Source: Alphaproteobacteria bacterium
Lineage (GTDB): Bacteria; Pseudomonadota; Alphaproteobacteria; Bin95
Length of the DNA: 64,000 nucleotides
Direction: 5' to 3'
NCBI GenBank assembly: GCA_964291285.2
Contig: OZ219786.1
Location: 928,001-992,000 of the forward strand
Shown piece by piece: positions 11,239 to 21,840 of this stretch. A program made the translations under genes and the position numbers. Numbering within the stretch: position 1 is the stretch's first letter; the number at the start of each line of letters is the position of its first letter. Below the pieces are notes generated by a model. The model worked only from the letters and a program-made list of their open reading frames with translations, made no database searches and had not been told where the DNA came from.

Positions 11239-11826
11239 ATGCCGAAACGCCTTGAATTCTGGTTCGATGTCGGCTCGCCGACCGCCTATCTCGCCCACAC
11301 GCAGATGCCCGGCATCGCCGAGCGCACCGGAGCGGAGATCGCCTGGAAGCCGATGCTTCTCGGCGGCGTCTTCAAGGAGACCGGCAACACGCCGCCGGGC
11401 ACCGTGGAGGCCAAGTCGGCCTATTACGGCATCGACCTGCCGCGCTTCGCCAAACGCTACGGCGTGCCGTTCCGGCGCAACCCGTTCTTCCCGATCATGA
11501 CGCTCGGGCTCATGCGCGGCTGCCTCGCCGCCCAGCGCGACGGATACTTCAAGACCTATGCCGACGCCGTGTTCACGGCGATGTGGGTCGAGGAGAAGAA
11601 CACGGGCGACCTCGACGTGCTGCGCGAGGTGCTCACGGCCGCCGGCCTCGACGCCGATGCGCTCTTCGCCGCCACGCAGGAGCCGGAGATCAAGCAACAG
11701 CTGATCGCTAATACCGAAGAGGCCGTGGCCCGCGGCGCGTTCGGCGCGCCCACTTTCTTCGTCGGCGACGAGATGTTCTTCGGCCAGGACCGGCTGGACT
11801 TCGTCGAGGAGGCGCTGGCCTCCTGA
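11239..11826 (+). CDS. 2-hydroxychromene-2-carboxylate isomerase / DsbA-like kappa GST family protein
   Basis: [29 protein letters not shown]. Confidence 0.88.
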   Translation: MPKRLEFWFDVGSPTAYLAHTQMPGIAERTGAEIAWKPMLLGGVFKETGNTPPGTVEAKSAYYGIDLPRFAKRYGVPFRRNPFFPIMTLGLMRGCLAAQRDGYFKTYADAVFTAMWVEEKNTGDLDVLREVLTAAGLDADALFAATQEPEIKQQLIANTEEAVARGAFGAPTFFVGDEMFFGQDRLDFVEEALAS

Positions 11827-11833
11827 CCCGGCG

Positions 11834-12538
11834 TCAGGGGCAGCCGAGCCGGTCCGCCAGATCGATGAAGTCGTCCGCGACCACGGTGAAGCCGGGGTCG
11901 GCCTCCAGATCTGTCATCTGGCCGGGGCCGTGTTCCGTCCGGCGGGGCACGAAGGCGGTCGCCATGCCCTGGGCGGCGGCGGCGTGCAGGTCGCCATTGT
12001 GGGCGGCCGTCATCATCACCTCTTCGGGCGCGAGGCCGAGCGCGGCGCAGCTCAGCCGGTAGGCGTCCGGCTGCGGCTTGTAGGCCCGCGCGACCTCCGC
12101 GCCCAGGATCGCGTCCCAGGGCAGCCGGGCATGGCGGGCCATGTTCACCATGAGCGCGATATTGCCGTTGGAGCAGGTGCCGATGATGTATTTGCGCCTG
12201 AGCCGCGAAAGGCCGAGCACCGCATCCGGCCACGGGTCGAGGCGGTGCCAGGCGCGGTTGAGGTCGTCCTTCTCGGCTTCGCTCAGGCCCGACACGCCGA
12301 ACTCGTCCAGCAGGGCCTCCAGGTTCTCCCGGTGGAGCACGTCGAGAATGGTGTAGGGCCTCGCCCCGCTGCGGACTTCCTCCATCGCGGGCTGGTAGCG
12401 GTCCCGCCAGCGCCGCGCGAAACCGTGCCAGTCAAGATCGTAGCCCCTGGGCGCCAGCGCCTTCCTCGCCTCCCGCGCCACCGAGCCCCGCCAGTCCACC
12501 ACCGTGCCGAACACATCGAACAGAAGCGCCTTCACCAT
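11834..12538 (-). CDS. Haloacid dehalogenase type II (HAD family)
   Basis: LLFDVFGTVVDW, WHRLDPWPD, SNGN, YKP, AAHNGDL. Confidence 0.9.
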   Translation of the reverse strand: MVKALLFDVFGTVVDWRGSVAREARKALAPRGYDLDWHGFARRWRDRYQPAMEEVRSGARPYTILDVLHRENLEALLDEFGVSGLSEAEKDDLNRAWHRLDPWPDAVLGLSRLRRKYIIGTCSNGNIALMVNMARHARLPWDAILGAEVARAYKPQPDAYRLSCAALGLAPEEVMMTAAHNGDLHAAAAQGMATAFVPRRTEHGPGQMTDLEADPGFTVVADDFIDLADRLGCP

Positions 12539-12672
12539 CGCCGGTCCTCCCCTCCGCAACCGCGCCGACAGACTGCCTCCGCGCCTCCGCGCCCGCAAGC
12601 GCGGGCCGTGCCGGCGGCAGGCGAAATGCGTTAGGCTGCGCGCGCCGGCGGCAGCGGGGGAAGAGCGGGGCG

Positions 12673-14028
12673 ATGCCAGTCTCCATCATCGACAGCGGAA
12701 TCTACGGGAACCTCTTCGGCTCGGACGCCATGCGGGCCGTGTTTTCCGAACGCGGGCAGGTGCAGAAGTGGCTGGACGTCGAGGCGGCGCTGGCGCGGGT
12801 GCAGGGGCGGCTCGGCATCGTCCCGGAAGAGGCCGCGGCCGAGATTTCCGCCAGGGCCGACGCGGACCTGATCGACATGGACCTCATGCGCGAGGAGGTG
12901 GACCGGGTCGGCTACGCCATCATGCCGCTGGTCCACCGCCTCGCCGCCCTCTGCGAGGGGGATGCGGGGCGCTACGTCCATTGGGGCACGACCACGCAGG
13001 ACATCAAGGACACGGGCGTCGTGCTCCAGATCCGCGACGCGCTGGTTCTCGTGGAAGCGGACCTGCTCGCCATTCGCGACGGGCTGGCACGTCTTGCGCG
13101 CGAGCACCGGGACACGCCGATGGCCGGGCGCTCGCATCTCCAGCACGCGCTGCCGATCACCTTCGGCTACAAGGCGGCGGTGTGGCTTGCGCCCGTCGAG
13201 CGGCATCTGGAGCGGCTCGACCAGCTCCGGCCGCGCGTGCTCACGGGCCAGTTCTCCGGCGCGGCCGGCACGCTCGCCTCGCTGCACGGACGCGGGCTGG
13301 AGGTCGCCGATGCGCTGATGGAGGAGCTCGGCCTCGCCCGGCCCGCCATCGCCTGGCACACGGCGCGCGACACCATCGCCGAGACGGTGGCTTTCCTCGC
13401 GCTCGTCACCGGCTCGCTCGCCAAGATCGCGACCGACGTGGTGCTGCTGACCGCAACCGAGACGGGCGAGGTGTTCGAGCCCTTCGCGCCCGGCCGCGGC
13501 GGGTCCTCCACCATGCCGCAGAAGCGCAACCCGGTTTCCAGCGAACTCATCCTCGCCTGCGCCAAGCAGGTGCAGAGCCGGGCCGCCCTCGTCATGGACG
13601 CGATGGCCGCCGACCTCGAACGCTCCACCGGCCCCTGGCATGTGGAATGGGCCGCGCTGCCGGAAGCCTTCGTGCTGGCCTCCGGCGCGCTCGCCCAGGC
13701 GCGGTTCCTCGTCGAGGGCCTGCGCGTCGATCCGGGCGCCATGCGCGCCAACATGGACCTGACGCGCGGGCTGATCGTCTCCGAGGCGGTGATGATGGGC
13801 CTTGCGCCTGCGCTCGGCCGGCAGGCGGCGCACGACCTCGTCTATGAGGCCTGCCGGATCGCCACCGACGAGCGCCGCGCCCTGCTCGACGTGCTGCTCG
13901 ACATGCCGGAGGTGACCGAAAAGCTCGACCGCGACGAACTCGCCCAACTCTGCGAGCCCGGCAACTATGTGGGCGAGGCGCCGGAGATGGTGGACCGCCT
14001 GCTCGCCGGGCTTGCGCCGCGCGGATGA
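12673..14028 (+). CDS. Fumarase/aspartase superfamily lyase (PcaB / adenylosuccinate lyase-like)
   Basis: VHWGTTTQD, GRSHLQHA, signature SSTMPQKRNP. Confidence 0.85.
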   Translation: MPVSIIDSGIYGNLFGSDAMRAVFSERGQVQKWLDVEAALARVQGRLGIVPEEAAAEISARADADLIDMDLMREEVDRVGYAIMPLVHRLAALCEGDAGRYVHWGTTTQDIKDTGVVLQIRDALVLVEADLLAIRDGLARLAREHRDTPMAGRSHLQHALPITFGYKAAVWLAPVERHLERLDQLRPRVLTGQFSGAAGTLASLHGRGLEVADALMEELGLARPAIAWHTARDTIAETVAFLALVTGSLAKIATDVVLLTATETGEVFEPFAPGRGGSSTMPQKRNPVSSELILACAKQVQSRAALVMDAMAADLERSTGPWHVEWAALPEAFVLASGALAQARFLVEGLRVDPGAMRANMDLTRGLIVSEAVMMGLAPALGRQAAHDLVYEACRIATDERRALLDVLLDMPEVTEKLDRDELAQLCEPGNYVGEAPEMVDRLLAGLAPRG

Positions 14029-14906
14029 GGGTGCCCGACCGGCACACCGCCGCCCGGAACAATGTCGTCGGCGCGCTCTGGATGTGCGCCACGGTGCTCT
14101 GCTTCATGGCGATGGCGGTCGCCGCGCGGCAGCTCTCGGACACCATGTCCACGGCGCAGATCATGGTGTTGCGGAGCTTCGTCGGCCTGTTTGCCGCCCT
14201 GCCGCTGGCGCTTGCCGCCGGGCGCATCGCGACGCGCCGGCCGCTGCTGCACCTCGCCCGCAACGGGGTTCATTTCGTCGGGCAGTTTGCCTGGTTCTAC
14301 GGCATCGCGATGCTGAGCCTCATCGACATGAGCGCGCTGATGGCGACCACGCCGATCTGGGCGACCCTGTTCGCGGTCGCCTTCCTCGGCGAGCGCGCGG
14401 GCTTCCGGCGCTGGGCGGTGATCGCACTCGGCTTCGCGGGCGTGCTGGTCATCCTGCGCCCCCATGCCGTGCCGGTCGAATGGGCGGCGCTGGTGTGCAT
14501 CTTCGGCGCCGCCGGCTATGCGGGCGCCAATGTGCTCTCCAAGGAGTTGATGCGCACCGACACGCCGATCCAGATCGTCCTCTGGATGCTGGTGATCCAG
14601 CTTCCGATCGCGGTGCTCGCCAATTGGGGCCAGTGGACGCCGGTCGTCTGGGAGGACGCCGGCTGGATCGCCATCGTCGGCTTCACGGGCGTGCTCGCGC
14701 ATCTCACCATGAACCAGTCCATCCGCCTCGGCGACATCTCGGTCGTGGTGCCGGTCACCTATATCCAGCTTCCGCTGCTGGGGCTGGTCGGCTTCGTGTT
14801 CTACCTGGAAGTCCCGGAAACGATGGTGCTCCTCGGCGCCGGCATGGTCGTCGCCGGCGCCTGGTGGAACCTTGCCGCCGAAACGCGGATCGCCCGGGGC
14901 CGGTGA
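14025..14906 (+). CDS. DMT/EamA family transporter
   Basis: About ten TM segments; FLGER, GFAGVLVILRP. Confidence 0.88.
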   Translation: MRVPDRHTAARNNVVGALWMCATVLCFMAMAVAARQLSDTMSTAQIMVLRSFVGLFAALPLALAAGRIATRRPLLHLARNGVHFVGQFAWFYGIAMLSLIDMSALMATTPIWATLFAVAFLGERAGFRRWAVIALGFAGVLVILRPHAVPVEWAALVCIFGAAGYAGANVLSKELMRTDTPIQIVLWMLVIQLPIAVLANWGQWTPVVWEDAGWIAIVGFTGVLAHLTMNQSIRLGDISVVVPVTYIQLPLLGLVGFVFYLEVPETMVLLGAGMVVAGAWWNLAAETRIARGR

Positions 14907-14915
14907 AGAGACGGG

Positions 14916-15743
14916 TCATCGGCCGGCCTGCACCATCACGATTCCGGCCGTGACGACCGCAAGGCCCGCGAGTTCCGGCCATGCGAGGCTCTCGCCGAGC
15001 AGCAGCGCGGAGAAGAGCGCGCCGAGCCCCGGCACAAGGCCCGCGAAGACGCCGGTGCGGCCCGCGCCCAGCACGCCGATGGCGTAGCAGTAGAGCCAGA
15101 TCGAGACGATGCCGCCCAGGATGCCATGGACGAAGGCCTGCCAGGCGAGGGAACCGAACGGAATCTCCAGCAGCCGGCTTTCCCCGAACAGGAAGAAGAG
15201 GGGCAGGAAGGCCGCCGTCGAAACCGTGCTCAGAATTGCCGCCGCGTGGAGCGGCGAGACCTCCGCCCGGCGCGCCGTCACCGTGTAGATGGCCCACATC
15301 CAGGCGCCCAGATGGAACAGCGCATAGCCGCCGAGGCCGCCCGGCGGCGCGTGTCCGAGCGCGGAGACGGCGGTGAGGCCCACGCCCGCCACGGTCAGCC
15401 CGACGCCGGCAAGCCGGAGCCCGCCGGCCCGCTCGCGGAGCAGCAGGATGCCGAGCAGTGCCGTCAGCGCCGGGAAGGTGCCGGGAATGAAGATCGCGGC
15501 ATGCGCGGCCGGGGCGTGGAGCAGGCCCGTGCCGAGCACCAGCGCGAAGGGAATGCCGATGGTTCCCGCCATCGCCACGGTTCCCCACCACCCCGCCTTG
15601 CCAGCCTTGAACCCCAGCCGGAGCGCAACCGGCAGCAGCAGCACGCCCGGCAGACCGACCCGGAGGATCGCCAGGTCTTCCGGGGTAATCGACTCGGTGA
15701 CGGAAAGCCGGGAGAGCGGAAACCACGCCCCCCAGAACACCAT
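14916..15743 (-). CDS. DMT/EamA family transporter (true start may be up to ~15815)
   Basis: Multi-TM; LLLRER, LLLGESL; frame stays open upstream of the ATG. Confidence 0.82.
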   Translation of the reverse strand: MVFWGAWFPLSRLSVTESITPEDLAILRVGLPGVLLLPVALRLGFKAGKAGWWGTVAMAGTIGIPFALVLGTGLLHAPAAHAAIFIPGTFPALTALLGILLLRERAGGLRLAGVGLTVAGVGLTAVSALGHAPPGGLGGYALFHLGAWMWAIYTVTARRAEVSPLHAAAILSTVSTAAFLPLFFLFGESRLLEIPFGSLAWQAFVHGILGGIVSIWLYCYAIGVLGAGRTGVFAGLVPGLGALFSALLLGESLAWPELAGLAVVTAGIVMVQAGR

Positions 15744-15811
15744 CGCCAGAAGCGCGGCCGCGACGGCGCGCGCCTCGCGCCCTCCGGCGGGCCGGGTTGC
15801 CGCCTGCTGTG

Positions 15812-16753
15812 TCAGGCCGGATCGCGCCCGGCGAAGCGGCCCCGGACGCGGAAGCGGTCGAGATAGGTCGGGATGACGGTTTCGATATCCTTCGGCTCGA
15901 TGCCGAGATCGGCGAAGCCGGCCGCGGCCTCGGAGACGACATTGTCGTATTTCAGCGACTCAACCTGGTCCGGCGTGATCGGCGCGCCCGGCACGAACTG
16001 GATGAAGGCGGCCTTGGCCTGCATGACCTGGAACGGCACAGGCACCAGCAGGCGCTTGCGGCCGATCTCCTCCAGCAGCAATTCCATCAGCTGCCTGAAG
16101 CTGTAGGTCTTCGGCCCGCCGAGCTCGAACAGGCCGCCCGCCCGGTCGAGAGCCGCAATCGCGGCATCCGCCACATCGCCCACATAGGCCGGCTGGAAGC
16201 GTGTGAAGCCGCCTCCGACGAGCGGCAGCGCAGGCAGCAGCCGGGCCAGGAGCGCGAAGCGGTTGAAGAAGTCGTCCTCCGGTCCGATGATGAGGCTCGG
16301 CCTGAGAATCGCCGCATCGGGGAAGGCCTCGCGGACCGCCGCTTCGCCGGCGGCCTTGGAGCGGGCGTATGCCGCCGTGGACTCCGCATCCGCCCCGATA
16401 GCGGAGATATGCACGAGCCTGCCGGCGCCCGCCTCTGCCGCGGCGGAGGCGACTTCTCCCGCCCCGGCCGCATGGATGGCGCCGAAGGACTGCGCCCCCC
16501 GGCTGACCAGCACGCCGACGCAGTTGACGACGGCATCGACGCCCTCGACCGCCGCGCGCACGCTTTCCGGGTAGCGCAGATTGGCTTGCACCGGCACGAC
16601 CTGGCCGACGCCGCCCGCGGGCTTCAGGAACTTCGCCCTTTCCGGGTCCCGGCAAGCGACCCGGACACCCGCGCCCGCCGCCGCAAGCCGCTTGACGATG
16701 TAGCGCCCGACGAACCCGGCGCCGCCGAACACCGTTACCCGCATTCCCTGCAT
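15812..16753 (-). CDS. Complex I NDUFA9-like NAD(P)-dependent oxidoreductase (atypical SDR)
   Basis: VTVFGGAGFVGRY, HISAIGAD, YARSKAAGE, GPEDDFFNRFA. Confidence 0.9.
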   Translation of the reverse strand: MQGMRVTVFGGAGFVGRYIVKRLAAAGAGVRVACRDPERAKFLKPAGGVGQVVPVQANLRYPESVRAAVEGVDAVVNCVGVLVSRGAQSFGAIHAAGAGEVASAAAEAGAGRLVHISAIGADAESTAAYARSKAAGEAAVREAFPDAAILRPSLIIGPEDDFFNRFALLARLLPALPLVGGGFTRFQPAYVGDVADAAIAALDRAGGLFELGGPKTYSFRQLMELLLEEIGRKRLLVPVPFQVMQAKAAFIQFVPGAPITPDQVESLKYDNVVSEAAAGFADLGIEPKDIETVIPTYLDRFRVRGRFAGRDPA

Positions 16754-16864
16754 GACCGCTCCCGGACCCCGTCTGCGCAGCCGGCACGGAGTGTAGCGCA
16801 CGCCTTCCCGGCGGCAAAACGCTTCGCTACGCTGACGGCCGCAAACGCAGGGGGAGACCGCGTC

Positions 16865-18634
16865 ATGGCCGGGAAGCAGTTGCGCAGCCGGAATTGGTTC
16901 AACGACCCGCACGATCCGGGCATGACCGCCATGTATATCGAGCGATACATGAACTACGGCATCACGCGGGAGGAGCTGCAGTCCGGCAAGCCCATCGTCG
17001 GCATCGCGCAGACCGGCTCCGACCTTTCGCCCTGCAACCGCATCCACCAGACGCTGGCCGAGCGGATGCGCGCCGGAATCCGTGAGGCCGGCGGCATCGC
17101 CATCGAATTCCCGGTCCATCCGATCCAGGAGAGCGGGCGCAGGCCGACTGCCGCCATCGACCGGAACCTCGCCTATCTGGGCCTCGTCGAGGTGCTGCAC
17201 GGCTATCCCATCGACGGGGTTATCCTGACCACCGGCTGCGACAAGACCACGCCGGCGATGATCATGGCGGCGGCGACGGCGAACCTGCCGGCCATCTCGC
17301 TCAATGGCGGGCCGATGTTCAACGGCTGGTGGAAGGGCCGGCGCGTCGGCTCCGGCACCATCGTCTGGGAGGCGCGCAAGCTGCAGGCGGCGGGCGAGAT
17401 CGGCTATGAGGAGTTCATCGAGATGGTGGCCTCCTCCGCGCCGAGCCCCGGCCACTGCAACACCATGGGCACGGCCACGACGATGAACTCGCTCGCCGAG
17501 GCGCTCGGCATGTCGCTGCCGGGCTCGGCCGCGCCGCCCGCCCCGCACAAGGAGCGCGCGCAATACGCCTACGAGACCGGGCGGCGCATCGTCGCCATGA
17601 TCCACGAGGACCTTACGCCCGACCGCATACTGACCCGCGCCGCCTTCGAAAACGCCATCGCCGTCAACAGCGCCATCGGCGGGTCCACCAATGCGCCGAT
17701 CCACATCAACGCCATCGCGCGCCATATGGGCGTCGAGCTGGCGCTGGAGGACTGGCAGGACTGCGGCTACGACATCCCGCTGCTGGTCAACTGCCAGCCG
17801 GCCGGCGGCTATCTGGCCGAGGACTACCACCGCGCAGGCGGCGTGCCCGCCGTCATGGGCGAACTGCTGCGCGCCGGGAAGCTGAACCCGGATGCGCTTA
17901 CCGTCACCGGCAGGACAACCGCCGAAAATATCGGCGACGCCGCTCCGCTCGACGAGGATGTCATCCGGCCCTACGGGCAGCCGTTGAAGGAGCGCGCCGG
18001 CTTCGTCGTCATGGGCGGCAACCTGTTCGACGCCGCGGTGATGAAGACCAGCGTCATCTCCAAGGAGTTCCGCGCGCGCTTCCTGTCCAACCCCGACGAC
18101 CCCGATGCCTTCGAGGGCCGGGCCATCGTGTTCGACGGGCCGGAGGACTATCACGCGCGGCTCGACGACCCGGCGCTCGGCATCGACGGGACTTCCATCC
18201 TGGTGATGCGCGGGGCGGGGCCGGTCGGCTATCCGGGCTCGGCCGAGGTGGTCAACATGCAGCCGCCGGCAGCCCTCATCCGCCAAGGCGTCACCGAGCT
18301 GCCGACCATCGGCGACGGGCGCCAGTCCGGCACTTCGGGCAGTCCATCCATCCTGAACGCGAGCCCGGAGAGCGCGGTCGGCGGCAATCTCGCCATCCTG
18401 GAGACCGGCGACCGGCTGCGCGTGGACCTCCGCAAGCGCCGCGTAGACATCCTGCAGCCGGAAGAGGTGCTGGCCACCCGCCGCGCCGCCTACGACCCGC
18501 CGCCGCTGGAGAACCACACGCCCTGGGAAGAGCTCTACCGCAGCCATGTGGGCCAGCTTGCGGACGGCGGCTGCCTGGAATTCGCCACCCGCTACCACCG
18601 CGTCGCCGCCTCCCCGCCCCGTCACTCGCACTGA
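16865..18634 (+). CDS. IlvD/Edd family dehydratase (sugar-acid dehydratase-like)
   Basis: SPCN, GCDKTTP, GHCNTMGTA, GGSTNA, GDGRQSGTSG. Confidence 0.9.
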   Translation: MAGKQLRSRNWFNDPHDPGMTAMYIERYMNYGITREELQSGKPIVGIAQTGSDLSPCNRIHQTLAERMRAGIREAGGIAIEFPVHPIQESGRRPTAAIDRNLAYLGLVEVLHGYPIDGVILTTGCDKTTPAMIMAAATANLPAISLNGGPMFNGWWKGRRVGSGTIVWEARKLQAAGEIGYEEFIEMVASSAPSPGHCNTMGTATTMNSLAEALGMSLPGSAAPPAPHKERAQYAYETGRRIVAMIHEDLTPDRILTRAAFENAIAVNSAIGGSTNAPIHINAIARHMGVELALEDWQDCGYDIPLLVNCQPAGGYLAEDYHRAGGVPAVMGELLRAGKLNPDALTVTGRTTAENIGDAAPLDEDVIRPYGQPLKERAGFVVMGGNLFDAAVMKTSVISKEFRARFLSNPDDPDAFEGRAIVFDGPEDYHARLDDPALGIDGTSILVMRGAGPVGYPGSAEVVNMQPPAALIRQGVTELPTIGDGRQSGTSGSPSILNASPESAVGGNLAILETGDRLRVDLRKRRVDILQPEEVLATRRAAYDPPPLENHTPWEELYRSHVGQLADGGCLEFATRYHRVAASPPRHSH

Positions 18635-18671
18635 GCGGCGGCGCAGCCCGGAGGCGGCCTGGCCCGCCAAT

Positions 18672-19388
18672 TCAGAAGGTGAGCTTCGCCGCGCCCATCA
18701 TGCGCATCGTGCGGCTGTCCTGGACCAGCAGCGCAACGCCGCCTGCCTCGTCCTGTCCGGTATCGACCTCGATCTCGCCCGCCATCGCCGCGCCGTCCCA
18801 TCGGCCAACCTCGACGATCTCGCGCACGACATTGCTGTAGCTCAGATGCCGGCCGGCGTTCTCGCCGCGCTCGATGTCCTGGTCGAGCTTGCGGGCGAAC
18901 CGCACCAGCTGGATGCGCGCTCCGCCCTCTCCCGCCGGCAGGGAATAGGCGAGACGGCCGGGTTCGCGCCACTCGAGACCGACCGCAACGCGCGCCGCTG
19001 CCAGCGCGTCCGCCTGGGCGATCGCCACCTTGATCCGTTCCGCATCGAAGCCGACCACGTCGTAGCGCCCGTCGATCACCATTTGCGGGGTATAGACATT
19101 GCGGCGGCCGAGCACCGGACTGTAGGCATATTGCCGCTCGGTCCCGTCCTTGGTGGCGAAGGGGTCCGGCCAGCCGAGGCGGTCCCAGTAGTTCACATGG
19201 AAGCCGAGCGCGACCACATCGTCCCGGTCCGCCAGATGGCCGAGGATGCGGTCCGCCGGCGGGCAGGACGAGCAGCCCTGCGAGGTGAAGAGTTCGACCA
19301 CCACCGGCTTCGAGGCGTCGGCCCAGGCGCCGGCGGCAGCAAGCAGGCCGGCCGCGGCGAGCAGCGCGCGGGCGAGAACGGCCCTCAT
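18672..19388 (-). CDS. Secreted thioredoxin-fold protein (DUF1223)
   Basis: Signal peptide; VELFTSQGCSSCPPAD, YWDRLGWPDPF, YTPQMVIDG. Confidence 0.88.
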   Translation of the reverse strand: MRAVLARALLAAAGLLAAAGAWADASKPVVVELFTSQGCSSCPPADRILGHLADRDDVVALGFHVNYWDRLGWPDPFATKDGTERQYAYSPVLGRRNVYTPQMVIDGRYDVVGFDAERIKVAIAQADALAAARVAVGLEWREPGRLAYSLPAGEGGARIQLVRFARKLDQDIERGENAGRHLSYSNVVREIVEVGRWDGAAMAGEIEVDTGQDEAGGVALLVQDSRTMRMMGAAKLTF

Positions 19389-20074
19389 TCGAACACTGCC
19401 ACTGCGCGAATCGGGCTGCCGGTGCCGCCGCGGATCCTGAGCGGGAAGCCGATGAAGCGGAACCGCCCGCGTCCGATCACCGCCTCCAGGTTGGCGAGGC
19501 ACTCCATGTGGGTGATCCGGCGCTCGGCGCAGGCGCGGTGGGCGCGGAAGTTGAGCTCGCCTTCCGGCGCCGGGCTGACCGCCTCGACGCCGAACATGCC
19601 GATCCCCCTGTCGGCGAGCCAGTGGACCGCCTCCGTCGCGAGGCCCGGGAACTCGTGCCCGTAGGCGGGCGTGCCGAACATGCGCCGGTTGACGCCCATG
19701 GCGAGCAGCACGGTGTCGCCCTGGCGGATTTCCTCCCCGGACGCTTCGAGCGCGGCCTCCATCTCCGCCACCGTCACCGCATGGCGGGGCGGCGGCTCGC
19801 CGAGGTCGAGGCAGATGGCGGAGGTGTAGAAGCGCTCCAGCGCCATCCGGTCTATCGATTCCGCCTCCGGGTCGGGGTCGAAATGGCAGAAGGCATCGAC
19901 ATGGGTGCCGGAATGGTCCGACAGCGACATTGTCAGCGACTTCGAGGTGAAGTCGAAGCCGCCGGCGCTCTTGACCTCGGAATGGTCGTTCCAGACCGTC
20001 ACGACCACCGGCGGATGGGACGGGTGGTGGGCGGTGCGGTGGTAAAGCTCGCGGGAGAGGTCGACGAGTTCCAT
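19385..20074 (-). CDS. Cyclase family metal-dependent hydrolase (kynurenine formamidase-like)
   Basis: HSGTHVDAFCHF, PLRIRGGTGSPIRAVA. Confidence 0.88.
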   Translation of the reverse strand: MELVDLSRELYHRTAHHPSHPPVVVTVWNDHSEVKSAGGFDFTSKSLTMSLSDHSGTHVDAFCHFDPDPEAESIDRMALERFYTSAICLDLGEPPPRHAVTVAEMEAALEASGEEIRQGDTVLLAMGVNRRMFGTPAYGHEFPGLATEAVHWLADRGIGMFGVEAVSPAPEGELNFRAHRACAERRITHMECLANLEAVIGRGRFRFIGFPLRIRGGTGSPIRAVAVFE

Positions 20075-20919
20075 CAGACCGGCCTGTCCCCTTCCAGCGT
20101 CACCCGGTGCATGGAGCGGCGGTGGCCCTGATAGTCGTTGAGCGCGTAATGCTGCGTGCAGCGGTTGTCCCAGAAGGCGATCGACCCCCGCTCCCACCGG
20201 AAGCGGCAGGTGAACTCCGGGCGCGCCGCGTGGCGGTAGAGATAGTCGAGCAGCGGCCGGCTCTCCTCCACCGTCCAGCCGTCGATCCGCCGCGTGAACG
20301 CCCCGTTGACGAACAGGCACTTGCGGCCGGTTTCGGGATGGGTGCGCACGACGGGGTGGCTGCTCTCGACGGTCTCGTCCACCTCGTTGAGCTTGGTGGT
20401 GCGAATCGCATTGGCGGCGTCGCGGCGGGCCTTGTTCGTGAAGATGTCGGAGCTGTGGATCGCGCGCAGCCCCTCCAGCATTTCCTTCATGCCGTCGGAC
20501 AGCACCTCCCAGGCACGGTACTGGCTGGCGAACATGGTGTCGCCGCCCGCCGGCGGCACTTCGAGCGCATAGAGGATCGAGCCCAGCGCCGGCTCCGGCA
20601 GGTAGGTGACGTCGGAATGCCAGACGCCGCCGATATTGCCGGTCGCCTCGGGCTCCTTCAGCACGGGCAGAATCTCGGGATGCCCCGGCAGCGACTCGTA
20701 ATAGCCGTGGATGTTGAGGTCGCCGAACCGCCGGCCCAGCTCCTTGTGGCTGTCGGGGTCGAGCTTCTGGCCGCGGAAGAAGATCACCTGGTGATCGAGG
20801 AACGCCCGGCGCAGGATGTCCACCTGCTCACCCGAGAGGCGTTCGGCGAGATCGACGCCGCCGACTTCCGCGCCGAGCGCGCCCGCCACCGGCCGAACCT
20901 CTATGCTGTTGGACTTCAT
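20074..20919 (-). CDS. TauD/TfdA family alpha-ketoglutarate-dependent dioxygenase
   Basis: WHSDVT, GGDTMFA, HPVVRTHPETG, WDNRCTQH. Confidence 0.93.
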   Translation of the reverse strand: MKSNSIEVRPVAGALGAEVGGVDLAERLSGEQVDILRRAFLDHQVIFFRGQKLDPDSHKELGRRFGDLNIHGYYESLPGHPEILPVLKEPEATGNIGGVWHSDVTYLPEPALGSILYALEVPPAGGDTMFASQYRAWEVLSDGMKEMLEGLRAIHSSDIFTNKARRDAANAIRTTKLNEVDETVESSHPVVRTHPETGRKCLFVNGAFTRRIDGWTVEESRPLLDYLYRHAARPEFTCRFRWERGSIAFWDNRCTQHYALNDYQGHRRSMHRVTLEGDRPV

Positions 20920-20979
20920 GGCGTTCCTCCCCTATCACTCCGGCCGGACCTTACTCTATCACGCTCTCAGCAACCAAGC

Positions 20980-21840
20980 ATGACGATGCCCGAACTCCAG
21001 GGCCGCCTCGACCGGGCGGCCCGGCGCCATGAGACGCCCTGCGGCGACGGCCATATGGTCTGGCGCGAATGGGGCGCCGGGCGCACCGTGCTGCTGCTGC
21101 ACGGCTCCTTCGGCGCCTGGACGCACTGGCTGCGCAATATCGAGGCGCTGGCGGCGCATTTCCGGGTGCTGGCCTGCGACCTGCCGGGCATGGGCGAGAG
21201 CGACCTGCCGCCGATGCCGTTCGATGCGGGCAGCCTCGCGGATATCCTGACGGAAGGACTGGAGCAACTCGCGCCGGAGCCGTTCCATCTTGTCGGCTTT
21301 TCCTTCGGCGGCATCGTCGGCGGCCATGTGGCGGTTCGCACCATGCCGCGCGTGATGAGCTACACCGCCATCGGCTCGAACGCGCTCGGCCTACCGATGG
21401 CCGCCAGGGCGCCGCTGCGCAAGCCCAACAGGACAATGAGCGAGGTGGAAATCCTCGATCTCCACCGCCACAATCTCGGCCTCCAGATGTTCGGCGACCC
21501 CGCGAGGATCGACGCCACAGCACTTACAGTCCAGAACGCCAATACGCGCCGGGCGCGCATCCGCTCCGGCAAGATTCCCGCCGGGGACAGCCTCGCCCGG
21601 CGGCTGCGCGAGATGGCTGCCGCCGGCCTGCCGATCCAGGGCATCTGGGGCGAGCGCGACGCCACGGCCGGCGACCTGCTTCATACACGGCGCGACCTGT
21701 TCCGGGCCGTGCAGCCCGGCTGCCCCTTCCATACCGTTCCCGGCGCCGGCCACTGGGCCGCGTTCGAGGCGCCGGACGAAGTGAACCGAATCCTGATCGA
21801 CAGCCTGCCCGCCATGGAGGTCCCCGCGTGCACGCCCTAG
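20980..21840 (+). CDS. Alpha/beta hydrolase
   Basis: LLHGSFG, DLPGMGES, nucleophile elbow GFSFG, GAGHW. Confidence 0.85.
   Translation: MTMPELQGRLDRAARRHETPCGDGHMVWREWGAGRTVLLLHGSFGAWTHWLRNIEALAAHFRVLACDLPGMGESDLPPMPFDAGSLADILTEGLEQLAPEPFHLVGFSFGGIVGGHVAVRTMPRVMSYTAIGSNALGLPMAARAPLRKPNRTMSEVEILDLHRHNLGLQMFGDPARIDATALTVQNANTRRARIRSGKIPAGDSLARRLREMAAAGLPIQGIWGERDATAGDLLHTRRDLFRAVQPGCPFHTVPGAGHWAAFEAPDEVNRILIDSLPAMEVPACTP

Noticed and set aside
15797-18670. Very long ORFs (945 and 952 aa) and other long antisense ORFs such as 34167-36641 and 44796-47207
   Set aside because: High-GC shadow frames or upstream extensions across divergent real genes; no independent motifs
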